DNA from: Anaerolineae bacterium
GTDB taxonomy: Bacteria > Chloroflexota > Anaerolineae > J102
Direction: 5' to 3'
Assembly (NCBI GenBank): GCA_011371305.1
Contig: DRQW01000009.1
Location: forward strand, 1 to 58,973
DNA length: 58,973 nt
The notes under the pieces are model-generated. The model did no database searches. It was not told the origin of the DNA and saw nothing but the letters and a program-made list of their open reading frames with translations. A program made the translations under genes and the position numbers. Positions 16,902-26,227 of the stretch are shown here, in pieces. The first letter of the stretch is position 1. Every line of letters starts with the position of its first letter.

Positions 16902-18533
16902 ATGAGTGTTCTTTGGTCCTCTCCGCTTGGCCCGATGGGTTTGCTACTTGGCGGCGGTGGTTGCTTGCTGCTTGTCCAGAAGTATCTTTCACCGCGTTGG
17001 CGGCAGAGGCTGCCTTTGGGCTTGATGCTAGTGGCGATGGTTGCCTGGCTGGTGATGCGTTGGTTCCCAGGCACTATCGGGCGTTGGTGGTTGTGGCAGG
17101 CGCCTTTGGGTCTGGAAACTGCGCTGGGATTGCAATGGGATGGTTGGGCCTGGCTGGCTGGCTGGTTGGTTTTTATAGCGGGGGTGGCTGCCCTTTCCTT
17201 GCCCACATGGGGATGTCGGCCCGGTTTTGTTTCCCCCCGTTTCTGGACACCTTTTCTCACCGCGGCAGCCTTGTTGGTGTTAACCTCAGCTACCTGGACG
17301 ACATTGCTGGTGGGATGGGCTTTGCTCTTGTTTTCGACAGGGATGTTGGCCGGTACGCCTTCCTCCGCTGCACCTCGGGCCTGGACCTTCTTGCTGGCGG
17401 CTGGCTTGTTTTTGTGGCTGGCACCTTTGTTCAATGGCCTGGGGGCTTTGGATGTGGTCCTGAGCACATCTCCCCTAAATTTACAGGCTCAACTTCTGCT
17501 GAGCCTGGCTGTAGTCATTGTCGCGGGCATTTATCCTTTCCATAGCTGGCTTGCATCCCATCCGCCGCGCGCTTCGGGGTCCCAATTGGTGTTGCATACC
17601 ATCCCTGCATTGGTCGCCTTCCATCTGATCAGCCGGTTTCAGGTTCCATTGCTTGAAAGCTTTAGCTGGATCGCGCTGGCTATCACCGGGTTGTTAGGGA
17701 GTGCCATGGCCGCCTGGGCCACGGACGATGACCATCGGGCCTGGGTCTATGTGGCCATTAACCGGGCCACGTGGGCTATGCTGGTCATATCCCTTTCTCG
17801 GGCACATGGCGCTTATCGTGGATTATTTCCACTAGCAGCATTAGGCATCGGCCTCGTGATTTGGGGGCTGGCCCCTCGATTGGAAAGGCCCTGGTTACGA
17901 TGGTTGACACTGTTTTTCCTGATGGGCTTCCCCTTGACGCCCGGTTTTCTCCCCAACCTCGATGTCTCGCAACTCGCTACCTCGGTGCGGGGATTCCCCC
18001 TCTGGATGCTGGTCTTATTGTCGCAAACGCTGATCGTAGCAACGATCTTGCGCCCTGACATGTTCGTTTCTCATCCAGCCGTCGCAAAAGCATCCCCGAA
18101 CAAAGAGGGAGATTTTCTTCCCCGAGGACTGCGGGTGTGGCTATTGGTTCTTGCCATCGCGTTTGGTTTATGGTGGGGGGTTTTCCCAGCTGCGTTGACG
18201 ACCACCGCAGGGCTGACCCCTCAGGGGGTGTTGGCCAGCGCCTGGGCGCAAATGCGCGCGGCCGGATTACTCACCGGTTGGATTACGTTGCTATTGCCCA
18301 TGTTGATGGGTGGGTTGCTTGTTCGTTGGCGTGGACGTCTTTTCGCTGGGCAAGAAGCCTGGCTCGCGAAGGCGGCATCCATCGCCAGTTTGGATTGGTT
18401 GATAAGGCTGGCCCGGACAGGTTTGCATTATGCGGCCCTGGTGGTAGGATTTGGCGCCGAGATTTTCGATGGCGCAGGCCAGTTCGGCTGGGTGTTACTC
18501 ATCCTCCTCATCCTTTGGCTGTTCTTCCGATAG
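16902..18533 (+). CDS. Polytopic membrane protein, degenerate NuoL/M/N-MrpA/D (proton-conducting transporter) -like
   Basis: 543 aa with about 14 hydrophobic segments. The motif GIYPFHSWLASHPP resembles the PxHxWLPxA signature of antiporter-like subunits. Only 4 Lys, all lying outside the hydrophobic segments by eye. Start set at ATG 16902. Confidence 0.4.
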   Translation: MSVLWSSPLGPMGLLLGGGGCLLLVQKYLSPRWRQRLPLGLMLVAMVAWLVMRWFPGTIGRWWLWQAPLGLETALGLQWDGWAWLAGWLVFIAGVAALSLPTWGCRPGFVSPRFWTPFLTAAALLVLTSATWTTLLVGWALLLFSTGMLAGTPSSAAPRAWTFLLAAGLFLWLAPLFNGLGALDVVLSTSPLNLQAQLLLSLAVVIVAGIYPFHSWLASHPPRASGSQLVLHTIPALVAFHLISRFQVPLLESFSWIALAITGLLGSAMAAWATDDDHRAWVYVAINRATWAMLVISLSRAHGAYRGLFPLAALGIGLVIWGLAPRLERPWLRWLTLFFLMGFPLTPGFLPNLDVSQLATSVRGFPLWMLVLLSQTLIVATILRPDMFVSHPAVAKASPNKEGDFLPRGLRVWLLVLAIAFGLWWGVFPAALTTTAGLTPQGVLASAWAQMRAAGLLTGWITLLLPMLMGGLLVRWRGRLFAGQEAWLAKAASIASLDWLIRLARTGLHYAALVVGFGAEIFDGAGQFGWVLLILLILWLFFR

Positions 18534-18627
18534 GGTGCCGCATCCACGCTTGCATACTTATCCTTGCCGTGGCAAAGGCCCGAGCATCACATATGGATTC
18601 ATCACCAACTTGAAGATACCCGATCCC

Positions 18628-19284
18628 ATGCTTACACTCGACCAGTTTCTCGCATTGACCCAACGTCTGAATAACCCGGCATTGATTGCGCCCAGCGTGT
18701 TGCTGGTGGCTGCGATGCTGGTATTCAGCGATTGGCGGCTGGCTTTGCTCGCCTTCGCGGGGGTGAAAGTGTTGGCGGGGGTCTTGTTCTTGCAACTCAT
18801 GCCACCGGAATGGGCTTTACAGCAATGGGTGACGGGCGGGATGGTGGCTATCATGTGGTTCATGGCCGCGCGTCGTGTGGACATCATCCGTCGCAAGCAG
18901 ATGGGCGTGGCCTGGTGGAAACCTGAATGGCGACTGAATCCCGCCACCTTATTACGACTGGCTTTTGTGCTTCTGTTGCTGGTGGTCATTTACACGGTGC
19001 GTCCTTATGCTCCTTTTCCCAAACTTCCGGCAGATCTAGCCCGATACGCCACATTCCTGGCTGTGGCCGGGTTGGTGGCATTAGGGTTGGGTGATAGGCC
19101 CATGCGCTGGGGTTTTGGCTTGAGCCTGTGGTTGTTGGCCGCATCGTTCGGCATCCATGTCTTGCAAACCGATGTGGATACGGTGGGTATGATGGCTGGA
19201 ATCGAGCTGTTGTTGGGCTTTGCCATTTCCTATTTCATCATTGTGGATGGGGCACGGTTTTGGCCCAAACCGGAGGAAGCATGA
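18628..19284 (+). CDS. Hypothetical integral membrane protein (about 6 TM)
   Basis: 218 aa: MLTLDQFLALTQRLNNPALIAPSVLLVAAMLVF.... Sits between the two antiporter-like genes, and its stop overlaps the next ATG (ATGA). Confidence 0.55.
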   Translation: MLTLDQFLALTQRLNNPALIAPSVLLVAAMLVFSDWRLALLAFAGVKVLAGVLFLQLMPPEWALQQWVTGGMVAIMWFMAARRVDIIRRKQMGVAWWKPEWRLNPATLLRLAFVLLLLVVIYTVRPYAPFPKLPADLARYATFLAVAGLVALGLGDRPMRWGFGLSLWLLAASFGIHVLQTDVDTVGMMAGIELLLGFAISYFIIVDGARFWPKPEEA

Positions 19285-20675
19285 GCTTGCTGGTTTTTCT
19301 CGTCATCTTACTTATTATCACTGGGCTGGTCGCGGGCCTGTTGCGCGGTTTTGCCTGGCTTTCGGGCGGGCTCGTGGTTGCTTTGTTGGGATGGTTGGCG
19401 GTTTGGATGTGGCGGTTGCCACTGGAGGAAAGCGTGACCGTGTGGGGTCGTGTGATCTTTCTGGAACAGACCAATTCCCTGTTGAAATTTACTTTTCAGC
19501 TTACACCCTTCGCTCGGGTGCCCATTTTGTTGATGTTGGCCTGGGGCGCGCTCTTCGCCCTGATCGCAGCCTTGGTGCAGGTGGAACGTAGCTTTATCCC
19601 CGCGATCCCCTTTTTGCTAGCCGCGCTCGTGGTGTTCCTCGCGGCCCAACCTTTGCTCTATGCACCTTTCTGGCTCATGCTCGTGGCCGTGCTCATGGGG
19701 ATCATCGCCCAGGGGAATAAGCCCCGGCCCGCGCGCGCGGCATTGCGGACGTTATTGGCGCCCTTGCTGGCCTTTCCTCTCTTTTTGTTTTCGGCCTGGG
19801 TTTTCTCGCAATCGGCCGTAGCTGCGGAGGACCCGGTGTTGTGGACGCGCGCTTGGCAGGCGTTGTTGGTGGGAATGCTCATTTTTACCTCGCCGGTCCC
19901 TTTGCATGGATGGATTGTGGCGTTGGGCGAGGCCGCTTCCCCCTTCGCAGGCGCCTTTCTTGTGGGGATATGGCAGATCGCGGTCTATGCGTTTCTGCGT
20001 CGGTTGCTGTTCGCCTATCCTTCCATCACCGATTTCGTCGATCCGGGTGTGTGGCTTCCCTGGATCGCTGTGGTGCAGATGGTGTGGGCGGGCGTGTTCA
20101 TGTTTGGTAGTCAACGATTGGGGCAATTGTGGGGCTACCTATTGTTGTGGATGTTTGGGGCGGGCTTTCTGGCTTGGGGCCTGACAGGCGAGCTGGGAAG
20201 TGAAGCTATCCTGTGGCTGTTTATGGTCGCACCTCTGGTATTGGTTCTGGCTGCCGCAGGATTGCAAAGCATTGTCCATCGTTTTGGTGAAAATCCCGAC
20301 TATTCTCAGCTCCAAGGTGCGACTGACCGCCTGCCTCTTTCCTCGCTGGGATTCATTGCTGGTGGTCTGTTTCTGTTGGGATGGCCGTTGGGTGCACTTT
20401 TTCCCATGCGATTGGCGACATATCAGGTGGCCGAGTATCGGGCAGGGAATATCTTCTTGTGGACCATGTTGGCCGTGGCCTTAGCTGTAATGGGGCTTAT
20501 CCGTGCAGTCCGGTATTTGGCAAGACCAGTGGGGGATGTGTCGTTGCAGCGAGAATCCCGCATCGTTGCGTGGACCATCGGGGGGCTGTTGCTGGTCGGA
20601 GGGGCGATCGCCTTGAATCCGGGGTTGCTCAACGCCGTTGCCGAACAGATGTTGGTGTGGTTCAACATGCTTTGA
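19281..20675 (+). CDS. Polytopic membrane protein, degenerate NuoN/MrpD-like
   Basis: 464 aa. SPVPLHGWIVALGEAASPFAGAFL parallels APFHFWxPDVYEGAPxPVTAFL of NuoN-type subunits, and QRLGQLWGYLLLWMFG parallels the KRLLAYSSI region. Only 2 Lys in the whole protein. Confidence 0.4.
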   Translation: MSLLVFLVILLIITGLVAGLLRGFAWLSGGLVVALLGWLAVWMWRLPLEESVTVWGRVIFLEQTNSLLKFTFQLTPFARVPILLMLAWGALFALIAALVQVERSFIPAIPFLLAALVVFLAAQPLLYAPFWLMLVAVLMGIIAQGNKPRPARAALRTLLAPLLAFPLFLFSAWVFSQSAVAAEDPVLWTRAWQALLVGMLIFTSPVPLHGWIVALGEAASPFAGAFLVGIWQIAVYAFLRRLLFAYPSITDFVDPGVWLPWIAVVQMVWAGVFMFGSQRLGQLWGYLLLWMFGAGFLAWGLTGELGSEAILWLFMVAPLVLVLAAAGLQSIVHRFGENPDYSQLQGATDRLPLSSLGFIAGGLFLLGWPLGALFPMRLATYQVAEYRAGNIFLWTMLAVALAVMGLIRAVRYLARPVGDVSLQRESRIVAWTIGGLLLVGGAIALNPGLLNAVAEQMLVWFNML

Positions 20676-20792
20676 CGGAGCCGGACCAGGGCATGGGGGC
20701 ACTAAACCCGGTTTCTGGAAATGCACTTTGCCCAGCGGGGGAAAAGATAGCTTTTGACAGGATGAATGTGGTATGATGATGTTTAATCAGAG

Positions 20793-20822
20793 GCCCGTCC
20801 AAGCGTTTGGGTGGGCTTTTTT
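20793..20822 (+). terminator. Intrinsic terminator after the membrane-protein operon
   Basis: GCCCGTCCAA-GCGT-TTGGGTGGGC (10 bp including 2 G-U pairs, tetraloop) followed by TTTTTT. Confidence 0.75.
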
Positions 20823-20910
20823 ATGCGAAGTGATGATACGATTCGAGCAATAGTGGCCAGCCGCCACCTCTTTGCCTCATCAATCTCATTGCGTCGAAGA
20901 CGGCTTTCCC

Positions 20911-22083
20911 ATGACCAAATCCTCTCGTCTCCCCGGCTTCTATAAACTCAGCGTCGAAGAACGTCGGCAATTGCTGGCCGAACTGGCCCAGCTCTCCGCT
21001 GAAGACTTGCGCGCCCTGGCGGGCGGCCTCAGTGACGCGGACGCGGATGTGCTGGTGGAGAACGTGATCGGGACGTATGCCCTTCCCTTCGCCATCGCGC
21101 CCAACTTCATTATCGACGGCGAAGAGTTATTCATGCCTCTGGTGATCGAAGAACCCTCGGTGGTGGCGGCTATGGCCCATGCGGCCAAAATTGCCCGCGC
21201 CGGAGGCGGCTTTACCACAGGGAGCACGCCACCGATAATGATCGGCCAGATCCAGTTGCTTGATGTCCCCTATCTTGATGCCGCCATCGTGCGCGTTCAG
21301 GGGCTCAAGCGCGAATTGTTGGCCAAAATCGAACACCTTCATCCGACGATTCGCAAGTTGGGCGGTGGCCCCATGGATCTCCAGGTGCGCAAGTTGGAAG
21401 ACACCCCTGCCGGTCCTATGCTCATCATCCATCTGCTCATGGACACGCGTGACGCCATGGGCGCGAACGCGATCAATACCGCGGTGGAGACCCTGGCCCC
21501 AGAACTAGAAGCCATCACCGAAGGGAGGGCACTTCTCCGCATCCTGACGAACCTGAGCGATCAGCGCCGCGCCTGGGCCAGTTGTCGCATTCCTGTGGGT
21601 GCGCTGGAAACGCCGGAGTTGACGGGCGAGGAAGTAGCCCGGGGAATCTTCGAGGCCAATGCCTTTGCCCTGGCCGATCCTTACCGGGCAGCTACCCACA
21701 ATAAAGGCATTTTCAACGGCATCGACGCAGTGGCCATCGCCACGGGGCAGGATTGGCGGGCCATCGAGGCCGGAGGCCATGCCTGGGCCGCGCGTGAGGG
21801 CCAATACCGGGCGCTCACGGACTGGCGGGTGGAGAACAATCACCTGCTGGGATATCTGGAGATGCCCCTGGCCGTGGGTACGGTAGGCGGATTGACCAAA
21901 TATCACCCTACCGCGCGACTGGCTCTCAAATTGTTGGGCGATCCCGACGCGCGGCGCTTGTCGCAAATCATGGTGGCCGCGGGCCTGGCCCAAAACCTGG
22001 CCGCGCTGCGGGCGTTGGTCACCGAAGGCATCCAGCGCGGGCATATGGCGTTGCATGAAAGAAGATTAAAGATGAAAGATTAA
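20911..22083 (+). CDS. mvaA: Hydroxymethylglutaryl-CoA reductase, class II
   Basis: MTKSSRLPGFYKLSVEERRQLLAEL...VIEEPSVVAAMAHAAK...DAMGANAINT...GHMALH. Class II HMGR hallmarks. Confidence 0.9.
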   Translation: MTKSSRLPGFYKLSVEERRQLLAELAQLSAEDLRALAGGLSDADADVLVENVIGTYALPFAIAPNFIIDGEELFMPLVIEEPSVVAAMAHAAKIARAGGGFTTGSTPPIMIGQIQLLDVPYLDAAIVRVQGLKRELLAKIEHLHPTIRKLGGGPMDLQVRKLEDTPAGPMLIIHLLMDTRDAMGANAINTAVETLAPELEAITEGRALLRILTNLSDQRRAWASCRIPVGALETPELTGEEVARGIFEANAFALADPYRAATHNKGIFNGIDAVAIATGQDWRAIEAGGHAWAAREGQYRALTDWRVENNHLLGYLEMPLAVGTVGGLTKYHPTARLALKLLGDPDARRLSQIMVAAGLAQNLAALRALVTEGIQRGHMALHERRLKMKD

Positions 22084-22145
22084 CACGGAATGGATAAGGA
22101 TAGACTATGAGTTTTCAGTCTTTAGTTTTCGATCTTTCATCTTTC
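22060..22145. repeat. Heptamer block AAGATTA AAGATGA AAGATTA (encodes the HMGR C-terminal tail and stop) with its inverted copy ATCTTTCATCTTT about 50 nt downstream
   Basis: GAAAGAAGATTAAAGATGAAAGATTAA at 22057-22083. TTCAGTCTTTAGTTTTCGATCTTTCATCTTTCACC at about 22113-22147. Confidence 0.65.
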
Positions 22146-22166
22146 ACCCCCTGAGGGTTTCACACA

Positions 22167-23249
22167 ATGAATCCAAATCCCGAAAGCACCCAAACCATAC
22201 TCCTCCAACCCTCCCGTCCGGTCGGCATCGTCGGCTATGGCGCGTACATTCCCCGTTATCGCTTACCCGCGACCGAGGTCGCTCGTCAATGGACCGGGGG
22301 CGCGGGTGGCGTTCCCATCCAAGAGAAAGCCGTGCCCGGGCTGGACGAGGACACCGCGACCATCGCCATCGAGGCCGCGCGTAACGCGTTGGCCCGCGCG
22401 GGCTTGGCTGGTCGCGACCTGCGGGCCATTTGGGTGGGCAGCGAAAGCCATCCCTATGCGGTCAAGCCCACCTCCACCATTGTGGCCGAGGCTGTTAACG
22501 CGGTGCCCCTGTTGCAGGCAGGTGATTGGGAGTTCGCCTGTAAGGCAGGGACCGAAGCTCTCATCGCCGCGGTGGGCCTGGTGGGCTCCGGAATGGCTGA
22601 TTACGCCATGGGCATTGGCGCAGACACCGCGCAGGGCCGACCGGGAGATGCGCTGGAATACACCGCGGCTGCGGGCGGTGCGGCTCTGATCATCGGCCCG
22701 GCCCACGAGGCCCTGGCCCGCTTCGAAGGCTCCATTTCCTTTGTCACCGACACCCCCGACTTCTGGCGTCGCCCGGGCGTGGAGTATCCCTCTCACGGTA
22801 TGCGTTTCACGGGTGATCCCGCCTATTTCCATCATGTGGTCACCGCGGGCAAGCTGCTCATGGAGGCGATGGGCCGCACCGCGGCCGACTATCGTTATGT
22901 GGTTCTCCATCAACCCAATGTGAAGTTCCCCCAACGCGCGGCCAAGATGTTAGGATTCAAGCCCGATCAGGTGGAAACGGGCCTGCTTTCCGGCATCATT
23001 GGCAATACCTATTCAGGCGCCTCGTTGGTGGGCCTCACCGCGGTGCTGGATGAAGCCCAGCCTGGTGACCGCATTCTCGTAGTTTCCTTTGGATCGGGCG
23101 CGGGCAGCGACGCGATTTCCCTGGAAGTGACCGATAAAATCCATGAACGCCGCCATCTGGCTCCCACAACCCAACAATACATCGACCGGCGGATCGTTAT
23201 CGATTACGCTACCTACCTCCGCTTCCGCGGCAAAATCAAAATGAAGTGA
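22167..23249 (+). CDS. Hydroxymethylglutaryl-CoA synthase, archaeal-type (about 350 aa, thiolase-fold)
   Basis: [42 protein letters not shown]...ACKAGTEAL...[10 protein letters not shown]. Short HMGCS form, adjacent to a thiolase. Confidence 0.85.
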   Translation: MNPNPESTQTILLQPSRPVGIVGYGAYIPRYRLPATEVARQWTGGAGGVPIQEKAVPGLDEDTATIAIEAARNALARAGLAGRDLRAIWVGSESHPYAVKPTSTIVAEAVNAVPLLQAGDWEFACKAGTEALIAAVGLVGSGMADYAMGIGADTAQGRPGDALEYTAAAGGAALIIGPAHEALARFEGSISFVTDTPDFWRRPGVEYPSHGMRFTGDPAYFHHVVTAGKLLMEAMGRTAADYRYVVLHQPNVKFPQRAAKMLGFKPDQVETGLLSGIIGNTYSGASLVGLTAVLDEAQPGDRILVVSFGSGAGSDAISLEVTDKIHERRHLAPTTQQYIDRRIVIDYATYLRFRGKIKMK

Positions 23250-23321
23250 GCCAAGCGCCGATTTTTTCCATAGGCGGCTTGGCATACGCTTTATTTTTGC
23301 AAAGCAATGAGGATAGTTCCT

Positions 23322-24485
23322 ATGCGAGACGTTGCAATCGTAGGCATCGGACAAACCAAAGTAGGCGAGCTTTGGGAACAATCGCTGCGCCATCTCGGTC
23401 ATGAGGCTGTGCAGGCAGCCATGCAGGATGCGGGTATCGAGACCGCAGACGCGCTTTATGTGGGGAATATGCTCTCGGGTGAACTCAGCGGCCAGGAGCA
23501 TCTAGCCACCCTGATCGCGGACTTCACGGGGCTGCGGGGGATTGAGGCGGCCAAGATCGAAGCAGCCTGTGCATCGGGCGCGGCCGCGATGCGGGTGGGT
23601 GTGCTGGCTGTGGCCAGCGGCATGATGGACACAGTGATCGTGGCCGGGGTGGAGAAGATGACCGACACCCTACCCGCGGAGACGACCGCGGCCCTGGCGA
23701 TGGCCTCGGACCAGGATTATGAGGCTGCGGAGGGTGCGACCTTTGTGGCCCTCAATGCCATGATCATGCGTCGGTACATGTATGAATTCGGAGTCACCAA
23801 AGCTGATTTCGCTCCCTTCCCCATCATCGCCCACGAAAACGCGCTGGGCAATCCCCACGCGATGTTCCATATGAAGCTCACCCAGGAGCGTTACGAAAAA
23901 TCTCCGGCTGTGGCCCCCCCTATTAACGTCATGGATAGTTCCCCCATCTGCGATGGGGCGGCCGCGGTCGTGCTCATGCCGTATGAGAAAGCCCGGGAGT
24001 TTGGGCATGGCAAACGGCTGGTGCGTGTGGCCGCGTCGGTCTCTGCCACCGATACCCTGGCCGTGCACGACCGTCGTGATCCCTTGTGGCTGGAAGCCGC
24101 GTACATTTCCAGCCACAAGGCCTATACCCTGGCTGGCGTAACGCCCAATGATATTGACTTCTTTGAATTGCATGACGCGTTCAGCATCATGGCTGCGCTT
24201 TCCTTGGAAGCTAGCGGATTCGCGCCCAGGGGTAAGGCACTGGAACTGGCCGCGTCGGGCGCGCTGGCCCGGGATGGTCGCCTGCCTATCAACACGATGG
24301 GGGGGCTTAAGGCCCGCGGTCATCCCGTCGGCGCGACAGGCGTGTATCAGATCGTCGAGGCCGTGATGCAGCTTCGGGGCGAAGCGGGTGCAAATCAGCT
24401 TGCACACGCGCACATCGCCATGACCCAAAATATCGGTGGCTCGGGCGCGACGATCCTCACCCACATTTTGGTTGGGGAAGATTGA
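23322..24485 (+). CDS. Acetyl-CoA acetyltransferase (archaeal/SCP-x-like thiolase)
   Basis: MRDVAIVGIGQTKVGELWEQSLRHL...IEAACASGAAA...GGLKARGHPVGATG. GAGGA precedes ATG 23322. ATG 23307 is the alternative start. Confidence 0.85.
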   Translation: MRDVAIVGIGQTKVGELWEQSLRHLGHEAVQAAMQDAGIETADALYVGNMLSGELSGQEHLATLIADFTGLRGIEAAKIEAACASGAAAMRVGVLAVASGMMDTVIVAGVEKMTDTLPAETTAALAMASDQDYEAAEGATFVALNAMIMRRYMYEFGVTKADFAPFPIIAHENALGNPHAMFHMKLTQERYEKSPAVAPPINVMDSSPICDGAAAVVLMPYEKAREFGHGKRLVRVAASVSATDTLAVHDRRDPLWLEAAYISSHKAYTLAGVTPNDIDFFELHDAFSIMAALSLEASGFAPRGKALELAASGALARDGRLPINTMGGLKARGHPVGATGVYQIVEAVMQLRGEAGANQLAHAHIAMTQNIGGSGATILTHILVGED

Positions 24486-24487
24486 TC

Positions 24488-25510
24488 ATGGCCAGCATGA
24501 TCTTAACCGCGTCGGAGCATCGGTCCGGTCCTCGGCCGTTGGATATCCGCCGTGATCTCGGCCAGGTGGCCGCGCTCATTGAGGAGGCCTTTGGCCCGGA
24601 GCTGGACGCGGCGGGTTGGGCAGCATTGCGCGAGTTACGCCTGACGGCCAGACTGGGGCCGGTGATAGGGTTGCTCGCGGCGCCCGGCCATCGTCCCAAC
24701 GATTTTTTGAATGGATTCGTATGGGAGGAACATGGGAAGATTGTAGGGAATGTGACCATCCAGCGCATTCCCCAATTCCCTACCCGTTTTATCATCGCCA
24801 ATGTTGCGGTGAAGGAGCGTTATCGCGGGCAAGGGATCGCCAGCGAGCTTATGCGTATGGCCTTGGAGTTCATCGCGGAACAGGGTGGCACCTGGGCAGT
24901 GCTCCAGGTGCGCGAGGACAACGAGATTGCTCGTGGCATGTATCAGCGCCTGGGTTTTGCCGAGATTATGGTCGAGCATCGCCTGCGCATCCCGGCCACT
25001 CCCGCGATATCTTTGCCGCCGTTGCCCGCATCGGGGGCGGCGTTGCGCATGCTGACCGACGAAGACTGGCAAGCGATCCGCGCCTTGCTGAGTCGGGCCA
25101 TGCCAGAACGCGCGCGTTGGTGGCTTCCCACGCGTTCCGCAGGGTTTCGACAGAACAGTTCATTCTTTATCCACCGCCAATTAAGTCGTCTGTTGCGTGT
25201 GGGGCACAAAATGCGGTGGGGATTGTTTTTCGGCGATACATTGAAAGGGATCATTGATGCGGAAGTGTTGACTTATAACGAACACCGTATCGATATCCTT
25301 CTCGAACCACAGCTTCGGCAGGCATGGAGCCAGCCCCTATTGGCCCGGGCTATCTACTATCTGGCATCTTATCCCAACCGCCCCGTCAACGCCATCCTGT
25401 TTGACTATCAACAGCCTGCCATCGATGCGTTGGATGCGTTTGGTTTCAAGCCGTTCGTCACGCTGGTGAACATGCGGAAACGGCTGGCAAAACCCGCGTC
25501 GGAACGATGA
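24488..25510 (+). CDS. GNAT family N-acetyltransferase with a ~170-aa C-terminal extension
   Basis: VAVKERYRGQGIASELMRMALEFIAEQGGTWAVLQVREDNEIARGMYQRLGFAE contains the acetyl-CoA binding motif. The start lies 3 nt after the thiolase stop (the TTG at 24482 would overlap it). Confidence 0.75.
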   Translation: MASMILTASEHRSGPRPLDIRRDLGQVAALIEEAFGPELDAAGWAALRELRLTARLGPVIGLLAAPGHRPNDFLNGFVWEEHGKIVGNVTIQRIPQFPTRFIIANVAVKERYRGQGIASELMRMALEFIAEQGGTWAVLQVREDNEIARGMYQRLGFAEIMVEHRLRIPATPAISLPPLPASGAALRMLTDEDWQAIRALLSRAMPERARWWLPTRSAGFRQNSSFFIHRQLSRLLRVGHKMRWGLFFGDTLKGIIDAEVLTYNEHRIDILLEPQLRQAWSQPLLARAIYYLASYPNRPVNAILFDYQQPAIDALDAFGFKPFVTLVNMRKRLAKPASER

Positions 25511-25600
25511 AGCAACCCCACTGCGAACTCCGTGAAATCGGTGACATTGGGGTGAAGAATACCGCTTCGGGCAACCAAAATTGTTTTCGTCGGACTTCAG

Positions 25601-26149
25601 TTATTGGTTATAGTTTTGTACGCCCGGATCGAGGAAGTCGCCAGCCACCCAGCCCTGTTGCTTTTCACCATCGGGCGTGGAGAATTCAATTTGCCACCAG
25701 GTGTACGTATCGGCCCGTTCGGGGCCACCGATGATATCCACGACCATGCCATAGGGCAAGGTAATGACCAGATCGAAGCTAGTGCCTGGGCCGCTGCGTA
25801 CGCGCAGGCCAGCTTCTGCATTGACAGTGGCCTTGCCGCCCACTTGCAATACATCGGGGGGAAGCGTGGGCGTGGGGGTAGGTTCTTCGGGGGTTGGTGT
25901 GGGCGTGGGCGTTTCGGGGGTAGGCGTAGGGGTGGGTTCTGGTGGGGTGGGCGTAGGCTGCCCTTGGGAGATCTCACCCACCACAACGGTCGGCGTGGGC
26001 GTGGGCACTATCCCGCCGCCCAACATGGTGGCTAGCACATAGAACAGCCCGCCGGTGATCAGGATGGCCAGAAAAGGGATTAGCAACGCCGCCCACGGAG
26101 ATCGGGGGCGCTGTTGTCGTCGTCGAGGCTGGTAGCGTCGCTCTTTCAT
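25601..26149 (-). CDS. Membrane-anchored SH3b-domain protein with a Pro/Thr/Glu linker
   Basis: 182 aa with a TM (WAALLIPFLAILITGGLFYVLA), a PTPTP linker, then GGKATVNAEAGLRVRSGPGTSFDLVITLPYGMVVDIIGGP...WWQIEF...GWVAGDFL (bacterial SH3). Confidence 0.75.
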   Translation of the reverse strand: MKERRYQPRRRQQRPRSPWAALLIPFLAILITGGLFYVLATMLGGGIVPTPTPTVVVGEISQGQPTPTPPEPTPTPTPETPTPTPTPEEPTPTPTLPPDVLQVGGKATVNAEAGLRVRSGPGTSFDLVITLPYGMVVDIIGGPERADTYTWWQIEFSTPDGEKQQGWVAGDFLDPGVQNYNQ

Positions 26150-26227
26150 AGAAGCACGTGGGGGAATGGAGTGAGTTCGAAGGCAAGTATACCACAGGCC
26201 CAGGGAGGAATGAAAAGCTGCTGCCCG

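Noticed and set aside
20754-20777. TTGACA ... TGgTATGAT promoter-like hexamers just upstream of the terminator at 20793
   Set aside because: The spacer between the hexamers is only 12 nt, and the transcript would run straight into a terminator about 15 nt later. This is more likely a chance match in the 3-prime UTR of the membrane operon.
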